In this document: one piece after another, positions 48,751-61,702 of the stretch | How positions within the stretch are numbered: the first letter of the stretch is position 1 | Layout of the letters: every line of letters begins with the position of its first letter | Assembly: GCA_051362555.1 (NCBI GenBank) | Contig: CM120643.1 | Location: forward strand, 6,138,001-6,202,000 | Origin: Lingula anatina | Taxonomy: Eukaryota > Animalia > Brachiopoda | DNA: 64,000 nt | Direction: 5' to 3' | The notes under the pieces: generated by a model | The model's input: the letters and a program-made list of their open reading frames with translations, nothing else | What the model was told of the DNA's origin: nothing | The model's database searches: none | Translations under genes and position numbers: made by a program

Positions 48751-50149
48751 TATCAATAGAACAATTTTAAATGTCATTTTTAATCCATTCTGAGATTCTG
48801 AATGAGGCGAATGATTGAATTTGACAAAATGCAATGATATGAGTTTACTTCTATTTTTAACACTTTATTACACAATACAAGATAACAGGTTTACCATCAT
48901 TTTTATATATTAAACTTACAAAATATTTTAGGTGGGGCATTCCGTGGTGTTCGTTTTGCATTACGGACGGAATTTTAACACTTTAAAAATAAATTCTACA
49001 AAAACTATAATACATACATTGTTCAAATTTGATTAGTGCAAGCCTAAACTTGTGACCAAAAAACTTGAAATAACATGTATTAGTTTTTGAGAAATATTGG
49101 TTATTGATCACCATTACGGACGAAAAAAAATGGACAAGCATTTTTATAATCAACTTCAACTTCAAAACTTTGTGACTTTTTAAAGATGAAACTGCATTGA
49201 CATGGCAATTTCATTATTCTAGTTACTAGAAATGTAAAAGGTTATTAAAAAAAAATTTTTTTTTGTTATGAAATTTTGAAGTTTAAAAAATCATGTCAGA
49301 TTACGTACAGAAAATTACGGACGGAAAATTTGTCCACAGTGCAAAACTTACACAGAAGCCATTAAAAAAGTACAATTAATCATTTATTCATGGTAAAAGT
49401 GAACTATTTACTAAATACGTACATAATAGAAAGTTATTTTTGATGTTGCAGAAAATGCCAAAAGAACACTTTAACATGACTGTCTTTAGAATTAGTTCAA
49501 TAATGACACTGTTATCATGCCTAAGAATCAAATCCGAAGTGGATAAAATATGCTAAAAAAAAAGCAAAAACAGCACAGATTTTGAAAAAATTGTCTGATC
49601 AGACTGATTTTTAAACTTGACCTGTATTTTATGTGTATTCATTAGTTCTGTAAGTTTGAAGACAAAAGGTGAAATGGTTTTCAGTTTATTTGTATAAACC
49701 ATGGATTAAAGATCCTCCCTCCAAAAAAAAAAAAAAAAAAAAAAAAAAAACTGCATAACTTTTTGAAAAATGGTCTGAAAAGGCTGATTTTCAAACTTGA
49801 CCTGTATTATATGAATATTCATCAGTTCTGACAAAAGGTAAAAGAGTTTTATATATTTTATTTGTATAAGGGTGGATAAAAAAATTGGCATGATCTGATC
49901 AGGCTGATTTTCGCATTTCACTTGTGTTTTTATGAATATTTATCAGTTCTATGTGCTAAATGATAAAAGGTAAAACAATTTGCATATTAGTGTACTGGTT
50001 TATAACAATGAAAGTGCATATGGCTATATGTACAGACACATCTGTGTCTGTACAGCAAAAAAATGGTTAGATCATGCTGATTTTTTAATTCGACCTGCAT
50101 TTTACGCGTATTCATCAGTTTGAAGAGAATAGGTCAATGTACATAAAAA

Positions 50150-50445
50150 CTGACACCAATTCCAGTGTTGGGCTTGACAAGCTCTACAAAATGCAATAAA
50201 CAAGACGTCTCTAGCATTTTCTCTAGTTCCAAAATAGGTGTAAGAGAGTTTTCAGTTTTGGCACCAAATGGCTACTTCTCCCATGGAAATGCACCGATTG
50301 ACCTCAAACTTAAGAAAATGAAAAAAGACCGTAAAAGTAACTCTTCATTATAATATGACAGCTTAGGTCTGTGTAGTTTCTGAAAAAAGGCAAAAACAAT
50401 TTTTTTTTGCAGAAAATTCCCATTTTTACAAATTTTTGGCCGGTT
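50150..50445 (-). mobile_element. Diverged internal fragment of the 6517-10161 Helentron family
   Basis: Reverse complement of ~6915-7190 (CAGTGTTGGGCTT.ACA.GCTCTACAAAATGCAA; AAATGCACCGATTGACC.CAAA). Confidence 0.7.
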
Positions 50446-50919
50446 TGATATCAAAAGGATCATTTGCAACAATTGCTACTGGTAAGAAAGCTACTAGTAA
50501 ATAAGAAATGTTTGAAAAGAAGACCAAGAACAACATACATGGACAACATAAAAGAATAAACTGTCAAAAAAAGTATAGTTCAAGTATTTGAGAGATGTGG
50601 TGATCCATGACAGCCAACCTGCCATGAGTGGATGGCACCCAGTGATGATGAAGTACACTCAATTTATAGAACAATTTTGGGTAAATAGTTTTAAGGCCCA
50701 GATCTCAAAACAAGGATGACTTTTATTGTCAGTTATCAATTTCTGTATTCTTAGCTTAGTTATGCCAAAAATTTTAACTTTGTGCAAAATAGGCAGCAAG
50801 CACCCCCCCCCCTCCCCCAATAGCAATAAGATTCTATCACAAAGTGTTACTTCTACTTTGACCTCTTTCACAATATTTTTAAAGAAATACTCTTTCAGAA
50901 AACTTATAGTGTTACTTCC

Positions 50920-53747
50920 TTACCTTATGTGAGGGATTTTTTTCAATTCCTCCCTCAAAAACTTGTGCAAACTTGCAGATTTCCCTTTCACCATACTAAA
51001 AGGCACCTTGAGAACCTCTCTGTATCCTGCTTGATATAGGAATTTTTTGTCAGCCTTTGCTTCACCTGGTGAATAAAGGAAACCAAATCAATGTAACATA
51101 AAACATATTTCAATGTCTTACTGAGAGGAAATGTGTGCCTAAATGCACTGAAAAATTAATATTTACACAAAGAAAACCTATTCATGTCAAAACTTTATCA
51201 CATAGACATATAACACATTCAAATTAAGATGGCCTCTGTTTGAAGCGTGAAATAATATACTGTTACCTGGGAAATATATACCACAGCATGTTGAGATTTA
51301 GTGAGGCAATGGAGTATAGTACTTTTTATTTGACATACATACAGAGAGAAAATACTCATTCCCCCCCCCCCCCCCCCCATAAAAAATTACCAAAAAACCA
51401 AAAAAGGTACATAGCCATAGTCAAATAACATCTTTAGGTATTACTGATAAATGCTGATTGAAATCAACAAGGCAGGTTCACAGCTTGCAACTTACATATG
51501 TTGAATTTATATGAGAAGTGTACTATACAAACATCAGTTGTCTACATTACTCTCTATTGATACATCATTGTTGTCCTTTGTACCCTATTGTTATTCTCAG
51601 TACCCCATTGTTGTTATGGCTATATAAGCTGGCCCTCAGTGGGTAACCAGCAAGTATATAGAAGAAATAGGCTCAATACACTGAAGTCAAGCTTGTGTTA
51701 GTTATAACCCCAAGCTGCTCATGGCAGCAGGGTGGGCTTACTAAAGCTATCTCTACATACAACAACCACATTTTTAACTCACCAGTTAACATTGGCTTGT
51801 TGATAAAGAAATCTTTATCATGAAGAATCCACACTGCTATTCTTCTCCATCTTTCTGGCAAGGCAGACATGTTTTCCATTTTGAGGAATCCATTTTCATC
51901 AAAGACTCTGGGCACCAGCTTCATGTCTACAGGTTCATTCAATTCATTCAAACAGAACTCCACAATAGGTTGATATATAGGAAGTACTGGGATGACTCTT
52001 GCCATGTGGGGACCACCAAGAATTATCTGTACAGCTGCTAAAACAGCCTTCTTTGAGGAATGCTGACATTTATTTTTCAATTTCTCTGCACAGTATTGGA
52101 TACCATCTGCTTTGTAAAGGCTTGGTGGAATCTTCTCAACATACTTGTCAATTTGCTCTATTTCTAACCTTCCACACAACTCCACAATCCTTAAACATGT
52201 ATTTCTTTTTGGCTTCATGACATTTAATGATTCCTCTTTCATCAGACCAGACTGGAAACAACTATCAAGTATTCTACTGAAGACTTCATAATAGCCATGA
52301 CGGCACATCAAATCACAAGAAATGGAAAGCAATTTGAAAGGGGGAATATTTCTCCCTTGGTTTTGCACTAAATCAACCACTTTTTTTAAAAGAGCAATAT
52401 TTGTATTGCAATCCATTCGTAGGTAAGCCTGAACTAATCTATAACCACCGTCCCCATCGATATCTTGTGCATTAGCCACAAAGTTCTCAGCAACTTTCAA
52501 CAGCATTTCATGATCAGAATAATACATTATACCAAATTGCCATGTAATACCAATTTGATGTCTCAATGGCAACAAAGACGCGTGCTTCTTAAATATCTCA
52601 GCAAGTTCTGTAACATATTGTACATCCATGAAACCTTTATTCAACTTCTGCTTTTGGGCTAAGCCCAACATCCACTTAATGCACAGGAATGCACATCTCT
52701 TGTATTCTTCAGTTCCATCACAAAGCAGAATTTCCAACCCCTTCCATAAAATGTCAGATGGCACCAAATATTCAACATTATGACAGAGGCTGACATACCT
52801 GTACACTTCTCTCGGCTCAGAGAATTCACAGTTGAATTTCAGCTCCTGTAAAAAATGTCTTACATCATTTGCATCCACCCATTTTCCTCCCAGTTCACAA
52901 GAATAGTATGTTGCAGAGTGTAGAACACTAACAAGCCAGTGAATTTCTTTGCCTCCAAGTTCTTTCCTCTCTAGCTCTGCCTCACTCATCAAGTGCTTCA
53001 AGAAAATCCTTATCTGCTCTTCGAAGTATTTCTGCTTGTGTAGTAAAGACAGATGTAACCATCCGTATCTACAGTAGCCTCTATTCTAGACTCAACATGC
53101 CATTCGGACCATACCTGTGACATGTGTCTCTCCAGTTCCTTATAAAACTGAAGGATTTCTGGAGATGGCTGAATTAAAACCCCAACTACCAACAATCCGA
53201 TTAACTGACGTGGAACACTTCCCTCCCTCAAACCTTTGTTCATGATGGTTAGCAGGGCTGATGATAACCTGTCATCTTGTAGAAGATGAGTGTTTTGATA
53301 TCTTGGAGAATCCCTCAAACATTTAAGACTAACGACTGCATATATATACCGTAGAACTCCGTCAAGGTCCTTTTTAGCTTCATGAGCTTCGTTCTCGTAA
53401 TCACTAATAATCTCTCCTTCGCTCCTTCCATCTTGAATGAGGTACCACTTCGCGATTTTTTCAAAACGTATTTTTGTGTCTCTGATGATAGCGTTACATT
53501 CATCTTTCATCTTGATGGCGTCATATTCATTGATTGTTTTTGTAGAGTATGACAGCTCAGTCCCAGTGGTAAGTCTCCCCAACGACCAAACCCACATCTT
53601 GTGAGGGCTTCGGAGTTGTGAAACGGCGCATGTAAACCGCTGTGATTGGTGGCATTGTGAGGGTTGTGCCAAACACTGAGCTATTCTACCAACAAAACTG
53701 TGTCGACTACAACTTCGGTAGACATATCTCAGTGCCGAATAAAACAT
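50920..53747 (-). CDS. FAST kinase domain-containing (FASTKD, RAP-domain) mitochondrial RNA-binding protein, ~700 aa, one frameshift
   Basis: ATG 53747 starts an Arg/Ser-rich, acid-free presequence (MFYSALRYVYRSCSRHSF...) followed by a helical-repeat body. The RAP region PVLPIYQPIVEFCLN...RRIAVWILHDKDFFINKPMLTG splices (donor G|GTGAG at 51783, acceptor CAG|GT at 51065) to GEAKADKKFLYQAGYREVLKVPF...LREELKKIPHIR* (stop 50920-22). The frame changes between ~53085 and 53010. Confidence 0.78.
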
Positions 53748-53814
53748 GATTACATGATTAAAACGTTCCCAGTACTGAACACGTCCATGGCCTCCACCTC
53801 GACCACGAGGCAGT

Positions 53815-53915
53815 TGAGGCAAGCTCGCATTTGTAGAAACGGCAGGTCAGGTCACAAAATGGCGGAAAACGGCATCTCAGGCTACGAGAAAAAATGACAT
53901 AAAAAGCGGAACCTC
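53815..53915 (-). promoter_or_regulatory. Promoter/TSS region of the FASTKD gene
   Basis: CpG-richer segment with a YY1 consensus AAATGGCGG (~53857-53865) and ETS-like GCGGAA, ~110 bp upstream of the ATG. Confidence 0.5.
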
Positions 53916-54049
53916 ATACTAGAGAATTAATACCCCTTTCAACGCATTTTTTACGTAAACAGCCAAAACCTGTATTTTTTATATCATGTTACCTTTTCTC
54001 AAGCATCTGCCCTGGCTATAATTAAGGGTACGGGTTCTTTTAAAAACTT

Positions 54050-54382
54050 AAAGAACTGATCATTTTGGCCAAAAAATGAATTTACTGGGGTAAACAACAA
54101 TTTTTCCAGTCTTACTAATGGTTAATGAAAACATCAAGACATTCAAAGTTAGTACCTGTTTTTTTCTTAAAAGTTTTTTTTTTATATTCTCTTAAGCATA
54201 AGAGATTATTACAGAGTGTAGCCATCTATAGAGGTCACTTGGTGTGATGACAAGCACAAATTCCAGAATAATTGCGTTAACTGCCGTTTTTTGAGGTAAA
54301 ATAGAATTTATTACATTTCTATGAGTTGTTTACAATGTATTTATTATGAAATATAGATATCATGCGAACAGTTGTTATCCCT
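54050..54382 (-). mobile_element. TTAA-flanked Kolobok-like MITE, copy 2
   Basis: Reverse complement of 10553-10928, ending GTTATCCCT|TTAA. Confidence 0.6.
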
Positions 54383-54877
54383 TTAAAGTAGGTCCTACAT
54401 GCTGACGCCACAAGATAATAATGAATATGACTCTTGTTAATTACATGTATGTGGACTTTTCTTTTAACAACAACAATTTCTACATAGAATTGACGTCATC
54501 TCTCAGCTGGCCTATGGAAGAAATTAAAAATTAATATATATATATAGAATTGACGTAGAAATTAAAAATAAATATATATATAGAATTGACGTCATCACTC
54601 AACTGGCTCTGGTACAAAGTTATTTTGTAAAGGCATTATTAATTGACAAAAAATGTCTCTTTTAGTTGGAAAAGGCGTCCTTTAAAAAAGAATTCGTCAG
54701 TGGGGATTTTGGGGGATAGTGAAGAAACAATTAAAACTGACAGCTCATCAAAGGGATTCCTGGATAAATGAGATTATCTGTTATCAATATCTCTACCTGG
54801 TGAACATTTTGATCTAAGGCAGGCATTTATAATTTTTCTCAGTGTCACATTGTTCATTTTCATAATTATATTCATTA

Positions 54878-54960
54878 CAGGGGGGATTGTCCGGGGGTCG
54901 GTTGTCAAGGGGGTAATAGCCCGGGGGGGGGGGGATTATCCCGGGGGGGGGGGGGGGGTC
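54878..54960. repeat. G-rich short tandem repeats (G-quadruplex-prone; likely a MITE subterminal array)
   Basis: GGGGGGATTGTCCGGGGG...GGGGGATTATCCCGGGGG. Confidence 0.55.
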
Positions 54961-55996
54961 CTGATAGCTGCGACCACATCGCATCCAGCCACCTAGCGCG
55001 TTCAAATATTTTTTCAATTTGTCATCCTTTCGCTGTCCTTTTCTCGAATCCCTTAATTAATATGTACAGTTAGCAATTATTGATAATCTCACACAAAGTG
55101 GTTGTGGCTTCAAAATACATTTATTTAAGACATATAAAACAAAATACGTATCTAAGCTCACATATAACATGGCACCGACAACAGACGAGGTTGGCCACTC
55201 ACAGGCCAACATAATGTTATAATAATGATATTTATTCTTGCAAATATAAGTTAGATTTTACATGGACTATAGAAAAGTGATAAAAGTAACTAAAACACAT
55301 TATAACATTATCTACTAACAACATAAAGAAGATTTAACTGAATAAATTATGAAATCAATCTGCTCTTTAAAATAGTTCAATAACATAAAATAGGAATTCA
55401 ATTATTAGAACATAAGATAAATCAGTTTAAAGTTTAAAGTATTGACATTTATACATTAAAATCCTTGCGAGTCCATGGGATAAAAGTCTTTGCTCAAACA
55501 AGTTTTAGAATATAAAAATTCTGAGGGTGTCTTGGGGAATGCGAATATTCTATAACTTTTGGTATAAGAAATGATGTGGTTTATGATCTTCCATACATGC
55601 TCTTCCATACACATACATACATACATACACACACACATGAATATTTAACTACTTAAATCATTGCTCTGTTTTGCACAGGAATGGAATTTGTCTCTTTAAG
55701 GCCGGGGTTAACTGGGTGTTTGGATACAGTATCTTAAATATGTAGTGATACATATAGGCAGGACACAAAAAGTTCTAGTAGAAAACAAAATAATTCTCAT
55801 TTATTGCAATTAATATAACAAAAAATGCACATTTGTATGTTTATGTCAGACGAAATGTCACAGTTACAATCTACACGTGTTTGCAGGGACACTCTTGTTT
55901 TAGTCAATTCCTTTTCCATTAAAAGGAAGTTTTTTTTACCCACTAATCTCGCAGACCCCGAAGTTAAACATTGTATTCGGTTGATACAATGAGAAA

Positions 55997-56200
55997 TACA
56001 GGGTGTCCCAGTATAAACGGGGCCGTTTATTTTCTGTTTACAAATTATATACAATTTATATATATCTGAAAACTGCAGAAGTTAGCAAATCTACTGCTAC
56101 AAACAACATGTCACGTGCTCTACTGGCAAAGATTTTGTCGTCATTTATAGAAAATACTCCAAATGTGCTCTGTTATACATTGCACAGTGTCTTTCAATTC
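55997..56200 (+). mobile_element. Possible Tc1/mariner terminal fragment
   Basis: TA|CAGGGTGTCCCA start typical of mariner-type TIRs. No partner end found. Confidence 0.3.
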
Positions 56201-56770
56201 AAAATGTAGTTTTATTAAGTAGTAAACATCAGAATGTCAATTCGAGGACTAGCGAAAACGTTCTTCAAAAGTGTATTGAACGAAACAGATCTGGGCACTC
56301 AACCGTATGTATGCAGTCACAGACTACATATTCCTCCGTTTAAATCGCACCGCACGCACAGTCTGTTCTCACGTGGTCTTCTGACTCACCTGTCCATCAA
56401 TCATCACTGTACTAAATATAAACATATCAATCATACACTGTAAATCTACAAAGTTCATTAAGTTTCCTGTTATAACCTCTCAGCAAAATTGAACTAAATG
56501 TAACGTACACCATCCCACCAAGGAAAATTTCAAATTTTATATTAAAAGAAAAAAAAAGGGCAAATAGAAAAGATCTCATGTTGAGCGATCTTTCAATATT
56601 TGATTTAAGCTTTCAAGTAAGACAATATTTTTTATCAGTGATAAGACAAAAAGAAGATATCCTCCAACAGAAGTAAATATTATTTGTTGCAAATAATAGT
56701 ACTAAGGACTAAGTCGGCTATAAAAACTTTATTTAACTGGGGCCTACCAATAGTCGCATGCAGTGTATAT

Positions 56771-56995
56771 GGGTGTATTCCCAGAGATTTAGATCGATCC
56801 AGAGATTAAGATTTAGATCGACCTAACTCCCTGGGGGTTCACGCTAAATTGCAGTCGGCCGAGCACGCACCATAGTTAATTACCCCCTTACAGCTTTCAG
56901 TAGGCGGGACAGAGGCTTAAGCCGGCTAAGCTGACAGAAATCTAGTGAGACTCCCCACAGGGATAGATCGATCTAAAATCTACGGAAATGGGGTC
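56771..56995 (+). mobile_element. 215-bp PIF/Harbinger MITE, copy 3
   Basis: TAT duplication on both sides; the interior matches the 4493 copy. Confidence 0.85.
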
Positions 56996-59900
56996 TATGT
57001 GTATATAGCTGTACAAGTAAAGCTATCGCCTGCGTCCGTCGTCGTCGCCGTGTATATTTCACTGTTATAGCAGTGAATTGATTATGTGAATCTTTTATTT
57101 TTTATTTTTGTTATTCTCAAACTTACTAGAGTAATCCATATCATGGTAAATACAGTCCACGATCAAATGGCAGATATATTGGGTCTTTTTTCCTTAAATT
57201 ATCCCTCTTTTTTACTTTTCTGTTATATATTGTAATGTAAGATTTGTTAACGCAATAAAATGAAAACCCCGTGACTTATCATACTGAAATTTACAGAATC
57301 ACTTTTTAGCATGAGTATTAGAATACAGGCCAAGGGCAAATGCCAACTTTATCGGACCATTTTTGGCGAAGGTTATCCCATGTCCCCCTTTCCTTCGAAT
57401 GGAATGTGTCGTCTCTCCTGACGCTCTGCTTTCCATAGCGGTTATAGTACAGCTTGCTCGAGTCCGTCTTAACGATTAATAAAATAATTTGTAATCGGAT
57501 AGGCTATACATAAATATTCTGTCGTTAAAGAGTCTAGTTTATGATTTTAGTCGCTACGAGAGAAAATAATAAAATTTGATAAAAGTATTGATCAAATAGG
57601 CCCATGATCATTAATATAAAGCGTGTTATTATAAATAGGTAAGAATTTACAAATAATTAGCTTCTCGATCCTAGACAACGTCTCGACGTGAATTCCCAGA
57701 GAAAAAAATGTATCGCCTGCAGGGGTCTCAAGTAGCCCTACGGTTACCACTGTTACATGGTACTTTTTTTCACATACTAGTAAATGAAATTCATGACATT
57801 TGGACACTCTTGAAATAAGTGCATTCGGTATAAGAAGTTTCGAGTATTAAAAAAAAATATTATGATAATAATAAGAAATTGATCATATCAGCGTCCTATG
57901 TCATTCATCGCTGTCTTTACTAGCACAATATGATGAAATTCATGGACACCGTCATAATCATGTTGAGATAGACTATGAGGTCAAATACTGTAGCATTAAA
58001 ACTGTTGTAACTCAACTTCCTCTATTCTCCCGGACCATTTACATACCTGTCAACAATGACAATTGCCAGAGAGGGAGATTCCCACGCATGCCCTACGTCC
58101 CCCACCCCGACACACACCCATACACACAAACACAAACACACACACGCACACACACACACACACAAAACTATTTTTTATGCTTTGCAAAGTAACGCCTCGG
58201 TTAGAAATGTGTTGTTAGCAGTTTGCTATAGTAGAATACTTTGACTACACAAAATGATACAGAAAAATCAAATCTGCAATTAAGAACTTTATTATATTCC
58301 AATTCAAATCATTCAATGTTTCAAGAAATCAATCAGCTGTTTTACAACTTAGTCATACTAACAGCCTGTTTTAATCAATAATTAAAATAAGTCAATTTTT
58401 GCGCTCCGATATTTCCGTCGCCGTTCTCCGTTATGTGGCTTTCATCGGGATTCAGCTTTTTGCACACCTCAGGTAGAGGTGACACTTACGTCGTTAGCCA
58501 AGCTTTCTGTTACTGGAATATTTTTGAAATATTGTTGAGATTTCTTTATGAAGTACCAAATATCTCACTTCGAAAAAAATTCATTTGTTAATTTTTTTTA
58601 AAAAAAATCATCATTCTGTCCTTCAAACCGCAATCTGTACAACTCTTTTTTTTTTTAGCAAATTGCCTATGCCAATGGGGACAGCTCGGCAAAAGCACTA
58701 AATCTCACTCATTAACACTTCTGTTTTATGTTTTCTGATGTATTCTGGATAATCGGGCAAATAAGCCCCAGTGCATATATGAAAATGTACAATATTTTGT
58801 GTAAGTCGGCAAACATACTTGATGTGATAAGTGCCGACAGTTTGTGTAGTTCAAAAAAAGCAAACTTTGACATCATGTAAATTCTGTCGGCACTTAATGT
58901 TCCATCTGTTACTGACAGTAGGAAACACTGTCACGGCGTAGGGATTTTAAGTCGTTTTTTCACGCGCCATTACGTTGCGTTCGTTGTGTGTAAAAACGCC
59001 AATTTCAATGAAAAATGCCGATAATTTCTTTCTCTTTTAATTTTTTGAAATTTCAATTTCAAGACATGATAGACGAGTATGTAAGCTTCATTTTTTATTC
59101 ATTGGGCCAACATTTCAGAGGAAGAATTTGGTAGAGTAAATCAGCCCTAAATTATAACGTCACGGTGATTTTCTAGCATAACAACAGCATAACATTTGCT
59201 GGAAATTATTTTCATTTTAGTTCCTTTCGTAGCGTTGACGCTTTGCCAGTTAATTTTCTAGAGCGCCGCTTTTAGTAACATTGGCGCTCTTTCTCATTAG
59301 ACGTCATATTTGAATTCGAAGTCCATCTTTGTGAATTACTATAATTGAAACATACGGTAGTTATATAAGTAGAAAAGATAAATCTGAACAGGTTTTTTAA
59401 AGAGACAAAAGTTGTAAAAGTTTGTATAACTTGGTGTGCTAAAGTTAAAGGACAACAGTACACACCCGAACGCAATTTCCCCCAACTCTCCCAAACCTTT
59501 TATACTATCACCATACCCCTTCCCCCCCATCATTTTTGTGCCGTTTAATTTTAACATATTTCCTTTGATCCAACTTTCTCTATTGAATGGTTCGTCGACA
59601 TCTGATTTAAACTAAAATATCATAATGTCATTTCCAATGGCTTATTAGCTAATTTTTGTATGAACTTTTTATCCCCCCTCCTCACCTCGCGTTATGTCTT
59701 CACTAACACAATAGGGTGATATTTGTGGAGTTCGTCACAATCATGGTTGAGACAGCATCAGAATCAAAACACCGCAGTCTCTGTCGTAAGATCTACTTGG
59801 TCAAACATAGCAAAAACTGCTCAGATATTCAAATCAGTGAACCTTATTGAGTCATATCAAGAAAGCCAGTGACCTACATAATGTCGTTTCAATTTGGGGT

Positions 59901-61504
59901 TGATAAGGATCTGAAGTTAATTTTCGTCTGGCATTTTTTGAAATATACTGAACACAATTAAAAGGCGTCCAATGTATTTTTGATGTTGTAAAGTACAAAT
60001 GAAGTTTCATCCATAAAATATTGGTGAGAGTTGTTAAGGAAAGGCGGTCACTTCAGCCTGCCACCTCCCCCTACCATGAATGTAATGGGATGGACAGCCT
60101 GGAAGGAGACGTCACTGCCTCAGTGCTGAGTGATCAGGAAGTGGAGCGAAGGCGGCCTAGATATTAAGTATACCAATATCGTAATTTCAGCCATATCAAT
60201 ATAACGTTTTAAGAAACCAATGTTAGGTATTTGGTGATAAGTTAATTGTGATTTATTTTTGAAAAGTATTTTGACGCCCGTTTGCTTAAAAGTGGTTTTG
60301 AACATTTCCCAACATTTTCCCCACGTACTATTTATTTCCTCCTTCGCTTCATCTCATCACGTCTCATAAAACAAAGGAAGATGCAGTTGCAATTCATGTT
60401 CAGTATTTTGAACTTCGTCGGTAGAAATAATAGTGGCAGTGGAAGTTTACCGTGAGAAATGGCCAAGGAGGGGAAAATGCTGTGAAATGTCTTGTGAGAG
60501 TCTGGCTATTGGTACGTTGATATTTAATGAGCGGTTGGTAGTGGAATTATAGAATATGTCATAGGTATAGTAACAAAACGTCCATTTCCTAAGTAAAGAA
60601 CGTAATCCAGGTATTAAGGGGGTATAGTAATACACTTCCATTTCGAATATTGGCAAGATTCGTAAATTAAGATTTAATATTTCATTTCAATAAAATGTGT
60701 GAGCTAAACTGTGGTTGTATTGATTTCTGCGTGACATGTTATAAGAAGAACCCTTCAAGACATAGGGGGCGAACTGATGACCCGAAATGCTGTTCTGAAC
60801 GGGTTTGAAAAGGTTTTATCCAAAGGTGTCTTTTACGTGTTTTATATCAATATAGCATCACGAATTTGAGGTGATTTACGAATTAAATGTTACATATTTA
60901 AAACGTAATCATATATCAGAAAGCATGGCCATCAGTTAAAAACTTGCTTTATTGTATTGAAGTATTTGTATACTATCGTAGTTTCAAGTTTGTCACACGT
61001 GACAATGTGAAATGGTACTATATGTGGTATTCTTCAGCAAGACAGCAGGGGATGACTTTCTAGTTTACTGTAGATGCGAATTAAGTGCGCAAAAGTATAC
61101 AAATTAAATGTCGGTTTAAAGCCAAATATTTTTCTTTAATATTCAACAATTTCACCTAAATCACCAAGGAACACATTATCGAAACCATTTATAAATTCTA
61201 CAAGTCCGGTGTCGAATTCTTATAATTTCTGTTATTACCAGCGTGAGTATACTCTTCAGTCTCATTCTCCAAATTGACTGAAATCCAGAATATAACGACT
61301 GACGCTCATTGTGTGTCTTTCTTTTAATGTTCAGATGGGAAAAACGGATTACCGCCTCTTGAAATTTAAAGGAATAACAACTGTTTGTGAGATATCCATA
61401 TTTCACAATAAATACATTGTAAAAACTCATAGAAATACAACAAATTCTATTTAACCCCAAAACGACGGTTAGCAAAGTTATTTTGGAATTTGTTCTGGCC
61501 ATCA

Positions 61505-61702
61505 CATCACGTGACCTCCATAGATGGCTACACAAAAAAGAGATTATTACAAAAAAAAAAAAAAAACTTTTTAGAAAAGAAAAAAAACAGTGACTAATTT
61601 TGAACGTGGGAATGAATTCATTTACAATTGGTAAGTATGGAAAAATTGCCCTTTACCCTAGGAAAATTCATTTTTTGGCCAAAATGATCAGCTGTTATCT
61701 CT
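61505..61702 (+). mobile_element. TTAA-flanked Kolobok-like MITE, partial copy 3
   Basis: CACGTGA.CTCCATAGATGGCTA...TTTTTTGGCCAAAATGATCAGCTGTTATCTCT|TTAA. Confidence 0.6.

Larger units (their letters stand above)
44896..50060 (-). mobile_element. Helentron family A, copy 4 (older, with multiple nested insertions)
   Basis: 3' terminus AAACAAGGCAGAAAAGCTGCCGAATGTACAGAC at 44896 and 5' terminus ATGTACAGACACATCTGTGTCTGTACA at ~50028-50054. Collinear internal blocks are interrupted by other elements. Confidence 0.75.

Noticed and set aside
53748-53822. N-terminal extension MPQLPRGRGGG of ORF 53010..53822
   Set aside because: It starts at a non-ATG codon. The first ATG (53747) gives a typical mitochondrial presequence.
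57300-61500. Possible genes in the distal AT-rich region
   Set aside because: Only short ORFs and scattered TIR-like fragments (e.g. AAGTGCCGACAG/CTGTCGGCACTT at ~58830-58895); no consistent exon chain or definable element ends.
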